From an uncultured Chloroflexia bacterium (lineage in GTDB: Bacteria; Chloroflexota; Limnocylindria; QHBO01): DNA of 64,000 bases. The position numbers were made by a program, and so were the translations under genes. Each line of letters starts with the position of its first letter. Positions within the stretch are counted from its first letter, which is position 1. The stretch covers positions 105,502-169,501 of the forward strand of contig CAWEDO010000002.1 of assembly GCA_963807915.1 (NCBI GenBank), given 5' to 3'. Below the pieces are notes generated by a model. It saw only the letters and a program-made list of their open reading frames with translations, did not search any database and had not been told where the DNA came from. Below are positions 48,279-56,898 of this stretch, one piece after another.

Positions 48279-49365
48279 CCACTTACAGCAACCCTGACGT
48301 TGGTAGCTCCTGAAGCGTGGCCTCGAGGAGCGAACCGCTGGCGACAGCGGCGAGATCCTGGCTTCGGTCCTGCGCGCAGCTGCCACGACGCCTCAGCGCA
48401 GGGCGTGGTCATGGTCTCCAACCGTCTCGCGGCGCCTGATCGTTGTCGGTGCGGTGGCCCTCCTTCTGGCCGCCATGGCTGGTGCGCTTGCCGTCGGTCG
48501 ATTCCCCGCCAGAGCCCGCCCCAGACCTCAACCTGATGCCCGCCTACCACCACAACGGGGTCATCGTTGTGACCGGGACGGGCGTTCCGCACGAGGTGGT
48601 CGACGTCGGCGGCGAGGCCTCGGCGGCGAGGTTCGACATCCGAGCACTGCCGCCCATCTCGCGCGTCTCATGGTCGCCGGACGGCATGCACTTCGCGTAC
48701 TCGGGGCCAAATGTCGTGAGGATCGCGGACCTGTCCACTGGCACCTCGCGCCTCCTCGTCGACTGCCCCACATTTCCACCCTGCGTTCCGGCGTGGCGCG
48801 CCAGACGGCCGCGAGATCGCGGTCAGCCGCGGCGGCCATGTCGACCTCCTGACCCCGGATGGCGGACAGGTCGCGAGGCTCTCCATCAGCGTCGGCGCGA
48901 TCTACGCGCTGGGCCTGGTCGCCCGACGGAACGCAGCTCGCGGCAGCCACCGACGGGTTCACCAACTTCACCTCATCGACGCTGTAAGTCATTCGGCGCG
49001 ACGGCAGCGGCCTTCGGGCGTTGACCGAGGTAGCCGCGCCGCAGACGGCCATGGTTGGCCTGGCATGGGCTCCTGACGGCTCACGAATTGCGTTCATCAA
49101 CACGACCGCCTGGAGCTCGACTGAGGCCTTGACGCTGTCCGTGGTCGGGATCGATCCGGACGGCAGCCATCGGAAGGTGATGGCGGACGCCGGCACCTGC
49201 TTCTGCATCGGCTGGAATGTCGGGGGCCTGGCATGGGCACCGGATGGCAAGTTCCTTGTCGTCGGCAAGCCCGGGGAGGGCCTCTTCCTCGTCGGCGCGG
49301 ATGGCTCGGTCGTGCGCAAGGTGGCCGAGGAGTGGGAGTACCCCGCCTGGCGGCCTGTCCCGTAA
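48273..49365 (+). pseudogene. anti-sigma factor fused to a TolB-like beta-propeller (WSPDG/WAPDG repeats), degraded by at least four frameshifts and an in-frame TAA (48973-48975)
   Basis: ATGA overlap with sigma stop; coding sense hops between all three frames; L-TAA-VIRRDGSG where Tyr is expected. Confidence 0.55.
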
Positions 49366-49380
49366 GCCGGGCCGCAACGG

Positions 49381-49656
49381 TCAGCAGGCGGGCAGCTGCT
49401 CCAGCTCAGTAGTCCGGGCAAGGCTCTGATCGGCCACGAGGTACGGGGTCGCGCAGCCCGGAAAGGGGCAGGTAGGCGCCTTGCGGATCCTGGCTCGCAC
49501 CCCGTCGAGCTCGGACCACCATTCCTCGCCCGCGTCGATGGCGCTGGCAACGTCGTATCGGGAGAAGTAGACGCCCTCCGCGGTGCAGACACCGGCGAGG
49601 TGGTCATGGCCGCCGTCCGGGGCTCGGACGAGCCGGACGCGTGTCACGATCGGCAT
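49381..49656 (-). CDS. DUF3892-like small protein
   Basis: AAGGA RBS; 91 aa. Confidence 0.55.
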   Translation of the reverse strand: MPIVTRVRLVRAPDGGHDHLAGVCTAEGVYFSRYDVASAIDAGEEWWSELDGVRARIRKAPTCPFPGCATPYLVADQSLARTTELEQLPAC

Positions 49657-49724
49657 TCGGTTTCCTTGTGGATTTGGTACTCGGAGCTTGCGTGGGTCGG
49701 ATGAGCGCGCATTCTGCCACATTA

Positions 49725-49744
49725 CTATACTTGCTGTCTAGTAT
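49725..49744. promoter_or_regulatory. inverted repeat TATACT-N8-AGTATA in the AT-rich region upstream of the TetR gene; candidate TetR operator
   Basis: Read directly; lies within the lowest-GC stretch of the window. Confidence 0.45.
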
Positions 49745-49766
49745 ATATATGGTGTAGGGTGCGCCG

Positions 49767-50351
49767 ATGAAGACGCGATCGGCGGCCGGTCGCCCGCGGA
49801 GCCCGGCGGTGGACGCCGCGATCCTGCGCGCCGCCACCGAGCTGCTGGCGGCAAAAGGCCCCGCCGGCACCACCATCAATGCAGTTGCGCGGCGCTCGGG
49901 CGTGGCGCGCGCCTCCATCTACCTCCGCTACCCCGGGCGCGACGCGCTCGTCACCGCGGCCATCCGCACGGCCATCGGCCGTGAGCCGATCCCCGTCACC
50001 GGGGACCTCGAGCGCGACTTCCGCCGTGCCGCAGCCCAGGTGCGGGCCATCCTGTCGTCGAAGCCGTTTCGGGCAGTCTTCCCCCGGTTGATCGAGGGCC
50101 TCCTGCGACCTCGGAACCGGCCCGGATCCATCACCTACGCCATGCTCGCCCCCGCCCGCGAGCTGCTGGTCGAGGAATACCGAGAGCTGGCCGGCCCCAG
50201 CGGCATGCGCACCGATCTCGACGCTGAGCTGGTCGTCGACCTCCTCATCGGCGGCCTCGTCAACCGGATGCTGGTCACGGGCAGGCCGCCGTCCGAAGCC
50301 GACGGCAAGGGGGCGGTGGAAGCGCTGCTCGGCGGGCTCCGGGTCAGGTAG
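49767..50351 (+). CDS. TetR/AcrR family transcriptional regulator
   Basis: HTH TINAVARRSGVARASIYLRY. Confidence 0.85.
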   Translation: MKTRSAAGRPRSPAVDAAILRAATELLAAKGPAGTTINAVARRSGVARASIYLRYPGRDALVTAAIRTAIGREPIPVTGDLERDFRRAAAQVRAILSSKPFRAVFPRLIEGLLRPRNRPGSITYAMLAPARELLVEEYRELAGPSGMRTDLDAELVVDLLIGGLVNRMLVTGRPPSEADGKGAVEALLGGLRVR

Positions 50352-50383
50352 GCTCTCGCCGTCGTAACAGCACGAGGGAGTCC

Positions 50384-50857
50384 GTGATGATCCGAGCCGC
50401 CCGGTTCGCGTATGCCGCCCTGTCAACGGCGTTCGTGGTGGGGATCCTGATCCAGGTCTACTTCATCGGCCTTGGGCTCTTCTCGTCAGCCGATTTCAAA
50501 CAGCTCCATGCCAACTTTGGCTGGATCCTCCACCTGGTCCCGCCGTTCATCCTGCTTGCGGCGGCAGCCGCGGTGGCTGGCAGGGCACGAATCCTGCAGG
50601 CGGTCGCCCTGGCCGTGGTCATCTTCTTCGTGCCGATCCTGGCCGCCATTCGCGCCGATGCCCCGCTCACGGCCGCGTTCCATCCCGTCGGCGCGGTGCT
50701 CGGGTTCTTGCTGGCGGTCATCGTCTCGCGCGGCGCGGTGGGCCTCCTGAGGTCCGGCGACACCGAGAGCCGTACGGCACTCGCCGACTGGATCCTCGTC
50801 GCCATCGTGGCCGCGCTCTACCTCTTCGTCTCCCTCTCGGGGAGCCCGGAGGCCTGA
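50384..50857 (+). CDS. hypothetical membrane protein (DUF6220-like), likely TetR target
   Basis: Four TM helices; 32 nt downstream of the TetR gene. Confidence 0.6.
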   Translation: MMIRAARFAYAALSTAFVVGILIQVYFIGLGLFSSADFKQLHANFGWILHLVPPFILLAAAAAVAGRARILQAVALAVVIFFVPILAAIRADAPLTAAFHPVGAVLGFLLAVIVSRGAVGLLRSGDTESRTALADWILVAIVAALYLFVSLSGSPEA

Positions 50858-50912
50858 GCTCGTCGGCTAGCCGGTCGAGGCATTGCTGGCGGGCCTCCGG
50901 ATCAGATAGGGA

Positions 50913-50952
50913 ACGCGGGTCGAGGCATTCGCAGCATGCGCTCGACCCGCGT
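50913..50952. terminator. 12-bp perfect inverted repeat ACGCGGGTCGAG-N16-CTCGACCCGCGT between convergent genes
   Basis: Read directly. Confidence 0.45.
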
Positions 50953-50962
50953 CACAACGTGA

Positions 50963-51352
50963 CTACCCGTTCGGCAGGATCGGGCAGCGGAAGTCCGCGT
51001 TGGGCATCCGCTGAAGCGTGATGTCGCCGGTATCGACCAGGTCCATCACGTCATCGAAATCGGTCAGCAGGTGGGCATCCTCCGGATCCACCCAGGTGGC
51101 GACCCAGACCATCCAGCGGCCGCCGTGCGAGCCCTTGCCGGGTGCGTACTGAGCGACGCCGCCCTGGTCGAAGTTGCTGAACGCGATGATCGGGTCAGTG
51201 CCGGTGCCGGGCGGGACGTGCGCGGGGGTGCGGAAGGTCCGGAAGGTCTCGCCCTCGGCGTAGAGCGTGCCGAACTCACGAGCCCCAACCGGAGCGGCCA
51301 GCGCCAGGCTCAGCACCCCGATCATCGGGAGCGCCATCAGCAGTCGTCTCAT
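50963..51352 (-). CDS. hypothetical secreted protein
   Basis: Signal peptide MRRLLMALPMIGVLSLALAAPVGA. Confidence 0.55.
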   Translation of the reverse strand: MRRLLMALPMIGVLSLALAAPVGAREFGTLYAEGETFRTFRTPAHVPPGTGTDPIIAFSNFDQGGVAQYAPGKGSHGGRWMVWVATWVDPEDAHLLTDFDDVMDLVDTGDITLQRMPNADFRCPILPNG

Positions 51353-51465
51353 TGTTCGTCCTCGCAGTGCAGTGGCCGGCATCTCCGGCCGTCGACTGCA
51401 GGCTGGGTCGCGGACGTGACCTCCCGATGACGGTTCCGTGTCGCGATCGTGACGACGCGCGTTCG

Positions 51466-52542
51466 TCAGGCCAGGCGGTCGCCCACAGGCAGGGTGAACC
51501 AGACCGCCGTGCGTCCGCCGGTCGATGTGGCGCCGACGGTTCCGTGGTGGGCCTCGACGATCTGGCGCACGATCGCCAGGCCGATGCCCGCTCCTCCACT
51601 CGACCTCGCCCGCGACGGATCGACCCGGTGGAGCCGCTCCCAGATCAGTGGCAGCTGGTCCGGCGGGATGCCGTCTCCGCTGTTCTCGATGGTGCAGCGC
51701 ACGGCGTCGCCCTCCGCGGCGAGCTGGATCGTGATCCGGCCGCCGTCGTCGGTGTAGCGCGCGGCATTCTGCATCAGGTTCGTCAGCACCTGGCCGATCG
51801 CGTCGGCGTCGCCGCGCAGTGCCGGGAGCGCCATCGGCTCATCGAATGCGACCTGGATGCGACGTTGCACCAGCTCGGGGAAGGCCAGCTCGAGGGCACG
51901 CCGGACCATCGCGGCCAGGTCCAGTGCATCGCTGCGAGGAGGGTCGTCGCGCGAGTCATCCCGAGCGAGCTGATCGAGCCCTTCGACGAGCCGCGTGAGG
52001 CGCTCGATCTCCTCGTGCACCGTGCGGAGCATCTCCGGCGTCGGCTCCGCGACCTGGTCTGCGAGCGCCTCCGTGTAGCCACGCAGGCTGGTCAGCGGCG
52101 TCCGCAGCTCGTGTGCCACGTCCTCCACCAGCGCCCGCCTTCGGCCTTCGGTCCGCTCCAGCGATGCGGCCATGCGGTTGAAGGCCTCGGCCAGCTGACG
52201 CAGCTCGGGGTCCGGCGGCTCGGGCACGCGTGCAGCGAGGTCCCCCCGCGCAATCGAGTCAGAGGCGTGCGTGAGCTGCTCGAGCGGCCGCATCAAGCGA
52301 CGGACCAGCCACCAGGCGGCAAGCGCACCGAGCACGACGCCGGCCGCGGCCCCGATGAGCAGGACCTGGACGACGTATCGGTCGAACATGGCCTGCGCCT
52401 CATCCGCTGAATCCGCCCCCTCCATCAGCAGGTGCATCACCTGCTCCGAGCTGAACTGGATGACGGCGCCCACGATCACAGCAGCAACGAGAAGCGAGAG
52501 GAGCACGAAACGGAGGACGAGCCGGGCACTCAGGCTGCGCAT
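51466..52542 (-). CDS. sensor histidine kinase
   Basis: HAMP; H-box HELRTPLTSL; HATPase_c motifs. Confidence 0.85.
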   Translation of the reverse strand: MRSLSARLVLRFVLLSLLVAAVIVGAVIQFSSEQVMHLLMEGADSADEAQAMFDRYVVQVLLIGAAAGVVLGALAAWWLVRRLMRPLEQLTHASDSIARGDLAARVPEPPDPELRQLAEAFNRMAASLERTEGRRRALVEDVAHELRTPLTSLRGYTEALADQVAEPTPEMLRTVHEEIERLTRLVEGLDQLARDDSRDDPPRSDALDLAAMVRRALELAFPELVQRRIQVAFDEPMALPALRGDADAIGQVLTNLMQNAARYTDDGGRITIQLAAEGDAVRCTIENSGDGIPPDQLPLIWERLHRVDPSRARSSGGAGIGLAIVRQIVEAHHGTVGATSTGGRTAVWFTLPVGDRLA

Positions 52543-52546
52543 CGGC

Positions 52547-53248
52547 TCAGGAGCCCCCCTTGCGAGCGACCGGACCGACGAACTTGTACCCCACCTTGCG
52601 GACCGTCGCCACGAAGCGCGGCCGGGCGGCGTCGTCCGCCAGCTTGCGTCGGAGCCGTCCGACGTGGACGTCGATCGTGCGGTCCAGGATCAGTGCGTCA
52701 TCGTCGGCATGGATCGCCTCGATCAGCTCGTCGCGGGCGAAGACGCGGCCGGCGCGCCCCATCAACGTCTGGAGGAGGCGAAATTCGAAGGTCGTAAGGA
52801 CCAGCGGTTGGCCACCCAGCCGAACCTCCATTGCGTTGGGGTCGAGCATCAGCTCGTTGGACTCCAGCACCGGCTGGTCGACCACGGAGCTCCGGCGTCG
52901 CAGATGCGCGCGGACACGGGCCATCAGCTCGCGCGGGCTGAACGGCTTGACCACGTAGTCGTCAGCGCCGAGATCCAGCCCGATCACCTTGTCGGAGTCG
53001 CCGCTCCGCGCGGTGAGGAGGAGGATCGGAACGTCGCCCTCCGCCCGCAACCGGCGGCAGACCTCCAGCCCGTCGATTCGCGGCAGCATGACGTCGAGCA
53101 GGACGAGGTCGGGCGCGCGCTGGGCAGCGGCGGCGATGGCCTCGACGCCGTCCGCGGCGAAGATGACCTGGTGGCCGTCGCGGGCAAGGTAGAGGCCCAG
53201 CAGGTCCCGGATCTTGGGGTCGTCGTCGACCACCAGCACGGCAGCCAT
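52547..53248 (-). CDS. OmpR-family response regulator
   Basis: Receiver VLVVDDD...D..LPRIDG; wHTH VRKVGYKF. Confidence 0.85.
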   Translation of the reverse strand: MAAVLVVDDDPKIRDLLGLYLARDGHQVIFAADGVEAIAAAAQRAPDLVLLDVMLPRIDGLEVCRRLRAEGDVPILLLTARSGDSDKVIGLDLGADDYVVKPFSPRELMARVRAHLRRRSSVVDQPVLESNELMLDPNAMEVRLGGQPLVLTTFEFRLLQTLMGRAGRVFARDELIEAIHADDDALILDRTIDVHVGRLRRKLADDAARPRFVATVRKVGYKFVGPVARKGGS

Positions 53249-53300
53249 GGAGGCGGGACCATAGCACCGCCTCATGTCGGCCGTGTGACGGGAGGCAGGC

Positions 53301-54443
53301 CTAGCCGGACGAGGCCTCGAACAGCTCCCACTGCCCCGGCACGCCGCGCAGGCTGACCGAGCCACGCGGCTTGAACCGGAGGTCCGTGCCGGTCGCCAGA
53401 TCGCGGACTGTCTGCGTCACGACCACGTCGCCGCGGCCGGCCTCGGCCAGCGCACGCGAGGCGATGTGCACCCCGATCCCGCCGACGTCACCCTCGCGCA
53501 GCTCTACCTCACCGGTGTGGATCGCCGCGCGGATCTCGAGGCCGTGTGCAGCGAGCGCCTCCTGGAGCCCGAAGGCGCAGCGCAGCGCTCGAGTCGGCGC
53601 GTCGAAGGTGGCAAGGATCCCGTCGCCGGTCGTCTTGACGAGCCTCCCGTGCCAGCGCGTGACCTCGGCACGGCTCACCTGGTCGTGGCGATCCAGCAGC
53701 CGCCGCCACTCGCGATCCCCCACTTCGGCCGCGCGGGCCGTGGAGTCGACGATGTCGGTGAAGAGGACGGTCGCCAGCACCCGGTCCGCGTTCTGCGCCG
53801 CCTGGAGCGAGCGGACCTGTTCCGCCGTCCAGGCGTACTGGCCGGGCTCCACGTACTTGCTGGTCGGCATCTCGCTCTCCGGGTGGTAGACGAGCAGCAC
53901 CACGCCCGTGTCGAAGGTCCGCGTGCTGACGAGGCGCATCGGTCGCAGGTCGATGCCGTCGCGGAAGAGGTGCTTGCCGCTGCCCAGGATCACGGGGAAG
54001 ACGAGCAGCTGGTACTCGTCGATCAGGTCGCGCTCCATCAGCCCGTTGACCAGGTCGGCGCTGCCCTCGACCAGGATGTCGCCGCCGGGCTTGCGCTTCA
54101 GGTCGGCCACCTGGGCTGCCCAGTCGCCGGAGAGCAGCGTGGAGTTGGCCCAATCGGCCTGCTTGAGGGTGTTCGAGACCACGTATTTCGTGGTGTCGTT
54201 CATCTGTTTCACGAGATCGGTGTCCCCTCCGGCGGTCGGCCAGAAAGCAGCCCAGATCTGGTACGTGGTCCGGCCCAGCAGGAAGGCGCCGACCGTGGCG
54301 AGCAGGTCGCGGAAATACGCCTGTGTCTCCGGGCTCTGGAGGCGGAGCGCCCAGGCGTTCTTGCCATCCCGATGCTCCTCGAAGCCGGGCGCCTCCATGA
54401 CGCCGTCCAGGGTCAGGAACTCCGAGACGATCAGCCTGCTCAT
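53301..54443 (-). CDS. fusion protein: dihydrofolate reductase-like (RibD C-terminal domain) plus class III adenylyl/guanylyl cyclase catalytic domain
   Basis: N-terminal LIVSEFLTLDG...GGDILVEGSADL (DHFR-like); C-terminal FTDIVDST...KTTGDG...IHTGEV (CHD). Confidence 0.75.
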   Translation of the reverse strand: MSRLIVSEFLTLDGVMEAPGFEEHRDGKNAWALRLQSPETQAYFRDLLATVGAFLLGRTTYQIWAAFWPTAGGDTDLVKQMNDTTKYVVSNTLKQADWANSTLLSGDWAAQVADLKRKPGGDILVEGSADLVNGLMERDLIDEYQLLVFPVILGSGKHLFRDGIDLRPMRLVSTRTFDTGVVLLVYHPESEMPTSKYVEPGQYAWTAEQVRSLQAAQNADRVLATVLFTDIVDSTARAAEVGDREWRRLLDRHDQVSRAEVTRWHGRLVKTTGDGILATFDAPTRALRCAFGLQEALAAHGLEIRAAIHTGEVELREGDVGGIGVHIASRALAEAGRGDVVVTQTVRDLATGTDLRFKPRGSVSLRGVPGQWELFEASSG

Positions 54444-54471
54444 GGACGGCAATATTGCTACGCTCAACGGC

Positions 54472-55440
54472 ATGCGACCGTGGTTCGGCTTCCATCTCCC
54501 GAACTACACCTTCCCGGACAGCCCGCCGGAACGCCTCTTCGACCGGGTCGTGGAGCAGGCGCGAGAGGCCGAGGAGGCAGGGTTCAGCCTCGTGACGGTG
54601 ATGGACCACCTCTACCAGATCCCCGGGGTCGGGCCGGTGACCGATCCGATGCTCGACGCGTGGTCCGCCCTGGCGGCGCTTGCCCGCGAGACGTCGAGGG
54701 TCCGGCTCGGGACGCTGGTCACGGGCGTGACCTACCGGAATCCGGCACAGCTCGCCAAGATGGCGACGACCCTCGACGTCATCTCCGGCGGCCGCGCCAT
54801 CCTGGGGCTGGGCGCGGCATGGAACGAGCAAGAGCACATCGGCTACGGCTACGACTTCCCGCCCATTCGCGAACGGATGGACCGCCTCGACGAGGCGCTG
54901 AGCGTCATTCACGCGATGTTCACCGAGGACCGACCCAGCTTCTCCGGGACCTACTACCGGATCAGCGACGTCCTGAACGTGCCGAGACCCATCCAGCCCG
55001 GCGGACCTCGCGTGCTGGTCGGCGGCGGGGGCGAGCAGCGCACGCTGAAGATCGCGGCAAAGCACGCCGACCTCACCCACTGGTTCCCGCTCGGACTGGA
55101 TGTCCTGCGCCACAAGAGCGAGGTGCTCGAAGGCTATTGCGAGGCGATCGGCCGGGATCCGGCGACGATCGAACGGACCATGGCCGCACCGGTCCTGGTG
55201 GCGAGCTCGGCGGCCGAGGCGACGGCCCTCCTCGAGCGGGTCCCACCCGAGCGGCGGCCGCACGTGAACATCGGCCCGCCCGAGGAGATGGCCGAGGCGA
55301 TGCAGCCCTACCTGGAAGCCGGCTTCACCGGCTTCACGTTCAACAACTCGATCTACCACACGCCCGAGCAGATCCGGCGAGTGGGAGAGCTGCTGCGCCT
55401 CGTGGCTGGCCCCGAGCCCGCCATGTCGCCCGCGAGCTGA
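54472..55440 (+). CDS. LLM class flavin/F420-dependent oxidoreductase
   Basis: Luciferase-like monooxygenase family architecture. Confidence 0.8.
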   Translation: MRPWFGFHLPNYTFPDSPPERLFDRVVEQAREAEEAGFSLVTVMDHLYQIPGVGPVTDPMLDAWSALAALARETSRVRLGTLVTGVTYRNPAQLAKMATTLDVISGGRAILGLGAAWNEQEHIGYGYDFPPIRERMDRLDEALSVIHAMFTEDRPSFSGTYYRISDVLNVPRPIQPGGPRVLVGGGGEQRTLKIAAKHADLTHWFPLGLDVLRHKSEVLEGYCEAIGRDPATIERTMAAPVLVASSAAEATALLERVPPERRPHVNIGPPEEMAEAMQPYLEAGFTGFTFNNSIYHTPEQIRRVGELLRLVAGPEPAMSPAS

Positions 55441-55484
55441 CGGCCCGGCGCCACTGAAGGAATTCCCGGGCCTGGGCCAAGAGG

Positions 55485-55513
55485 TTGACAATCTTACGCC
55501 GTAAGTCTACGGT
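55485..55513 (+). promoter_or_regulatory. sigma-70-like promoter: TTGACA, 17-nt spacer, TACGGT
   Basis: Read directly, 49 nt upstream of the nitroreductase GTG. Confidence 0.5.
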
Positions 55514-55539
55514 GGGTCGCACCGACCTTACAATGTAAG
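55493..55539. promoter_or_regulatory. two related 13-bp palindromes CTTACG-c-CGTAAG (55493-55505) and CTTACA-a-TGTAAG (55527-55539) overlapping or following the promoter; candidate twin operators
   Basis: Read directly. Confidence 0.45.
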
Positions 55540-55561
55540 CCCGACCGAGACCGGAGGATCC

Positions 55562-56209
55562 GTGGACATCTACGAGGCGCTCTACACGACCCGCGCCATG
55601 CGGCGCATGAAGCCCGACCCGATCCCCTACGGGACGCAGGCCCGCATCCTGGACGCCGCCATCCGCGCTCCCCACATCGGCGAGGGTTGGCGCTTCATCC
55701 TGGTCGATGACCCGGAGCTCAAGACCAGGCTCGCCACGCTCTACGATCGGGCGTGGACGCAGATGTTCGCGGCCTTCGGCGCCGACCGCGCGATGATGCT
55801 CACCATGGACGGGCCCACCGGCCGCGCGGCGCGCTCGGGCGAGCACCTGGCGCAGCACTTTGCCGAGACGCCCCTGCTGCTCTTCGGCTTCGGCAGGAAC
55901 CGCGACGGCAGCGGCGTCCACCCGGCGCTGTGGAGCGCGATGCTGGCGGCCCGCGCGGAGGGCATCGGCTCAACGCTGACCGGGGTGATGCAGACCTTCG
56001 TGGCCGATGAGGTGGCCGAGCTCCTGGGCGTGCCGAAGGACGAGGGCTGGTTCCTGCACGGCGTGGTGCCGATGGGATACCCCACCGGCCGATGGGGGGT
56101 CGCTCCCCGCACCCCGGTCGACGAGGTCGCGGGACGCAACAGCTGGAACGGCGACCTTGGCTTCACGGTTCCCGAGCCCCTCTGGCCGGGAGCCGCCTCC
56201 AACGGCTAG
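55562..56209 (+). CDS. nitroreductase family protein
   Basis: GGAGG RBS plus GTG; nitroreductase fold motifs. Confidence 0.8.
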   Translation: MDIYEALYTTRAMRRMKPDPIPYGTQARILDAAIRAPHIGEGWRFILVDDPELKTRLATLYDRAWTQMFAAFGADRAMMLTMDGPTGRAARSGEHLAQHFAETPLLLFGFGRNRDGSGVHPALWSAMLAARAEGIGSTLTGVMQTFVADEVAELLGVPKDEGWFLHGVVPMGYPTGRWGVAPRTPVDEVAGRNSWNGDLGFTVPEPLWPGAASNG

Positions 56210-56219
56210 TTACCAGTCC

Positions 56220-56377
56220 CACTTGTGTATCGGCGCATTGCGCGTCTCCCCGGACCGAAAACAGCTTCGATTACAAGCGTGACTTGTGCCACGACTCGCA
56301 TATCCGACGATTCGAGCGTGAAACCGGGCCATATGTGCGGATACACAAGTCCACTTGTAGGTGCTTCCACTTGAGGG
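56220..56377. other. repeat-rich, low-GC intergenic element: at least six ACAAG/CTTGT half-sites including local palindromes and a long-range 10-bp inverted repeat (56221-56230 with 56341-56350)
   Basis: Read directly. Confidence 0.4.
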
Positions 56378-56422
56378 GCGCCTGAAGTCGCCGCCGCGCG
56401 CGGGCGAGGGTACGATGCCGGC

Positions 56423-56896
56423 GTGACCGAGGTTTCCAAGCCAGCTTCACTGCCGCCGCGCTTTGTCATCCGCGCCGCGTGGGTGATCCATCGGGCGATC
56501 TATTCGGTCACCCGCGGCCGCATCGGCCTTCGTCCTCCGACCGAGAAGACCTGGGGGATGATGCGGCTGACGACCGTCGGCCGCCGCAGCGGGCAGAAGC
56601 GCAAGGCCATCCTGGGCTACTTCGAGGACGGCCCGAACCTGGTCACCATGGCGATGAACGGGTGGGGCGAGCCCGAGCCCGCCTGGTGGCTGAACCTCCA
56701 GGCCAACCGGGATACGACCGTCGAGCTCACCGGTGGCAAGCGCGCCATCCACGGCCGCGCCGCGACCCCCGAGGAGCGACCGCGGCTGTGGGCGAAGTGG
56801 GGCACGTACGACGGCGAGGAGAACCTTGCCTCCTGGTCCTCCCGCAGGCCGAAGGAGACCGCGGTCGTCATCCTGGAGCCGCGCGCGGACAAGTAG
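56423..56896 (+). CDS. deazaflavin (F420H2)-dependent nitroreductase-family oxidoreductase (Ddn-like, DUF385)
   Basis: Ddn-like body (LTTVGRRSGQKR...V.L.G). Confidence 0.8.
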   Translation: MTEVSKPASLPPRFVIRAAWVIHRAIYSVTRGRIGLRPPTEKTWGMMRLTTVGRRSGQKRKAILGYFEDGPNLVTMAMNGWGEPEPAWWLNLQANRDTTVELTGGKRAIHGRAATPEERPRLWAKWGTYDGEENLASWSSRRPKETAVVILEPRADK

Positions 56897-56898
56897 GC

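Noticed and set aside
53466-55491. Two ORFs of about 660 aa each overlapping the cyclase and LLM genes
   Set aside because: Antisense or alternate frame of genes with clear domain signatures. Arg/Pro-rich junk composition.
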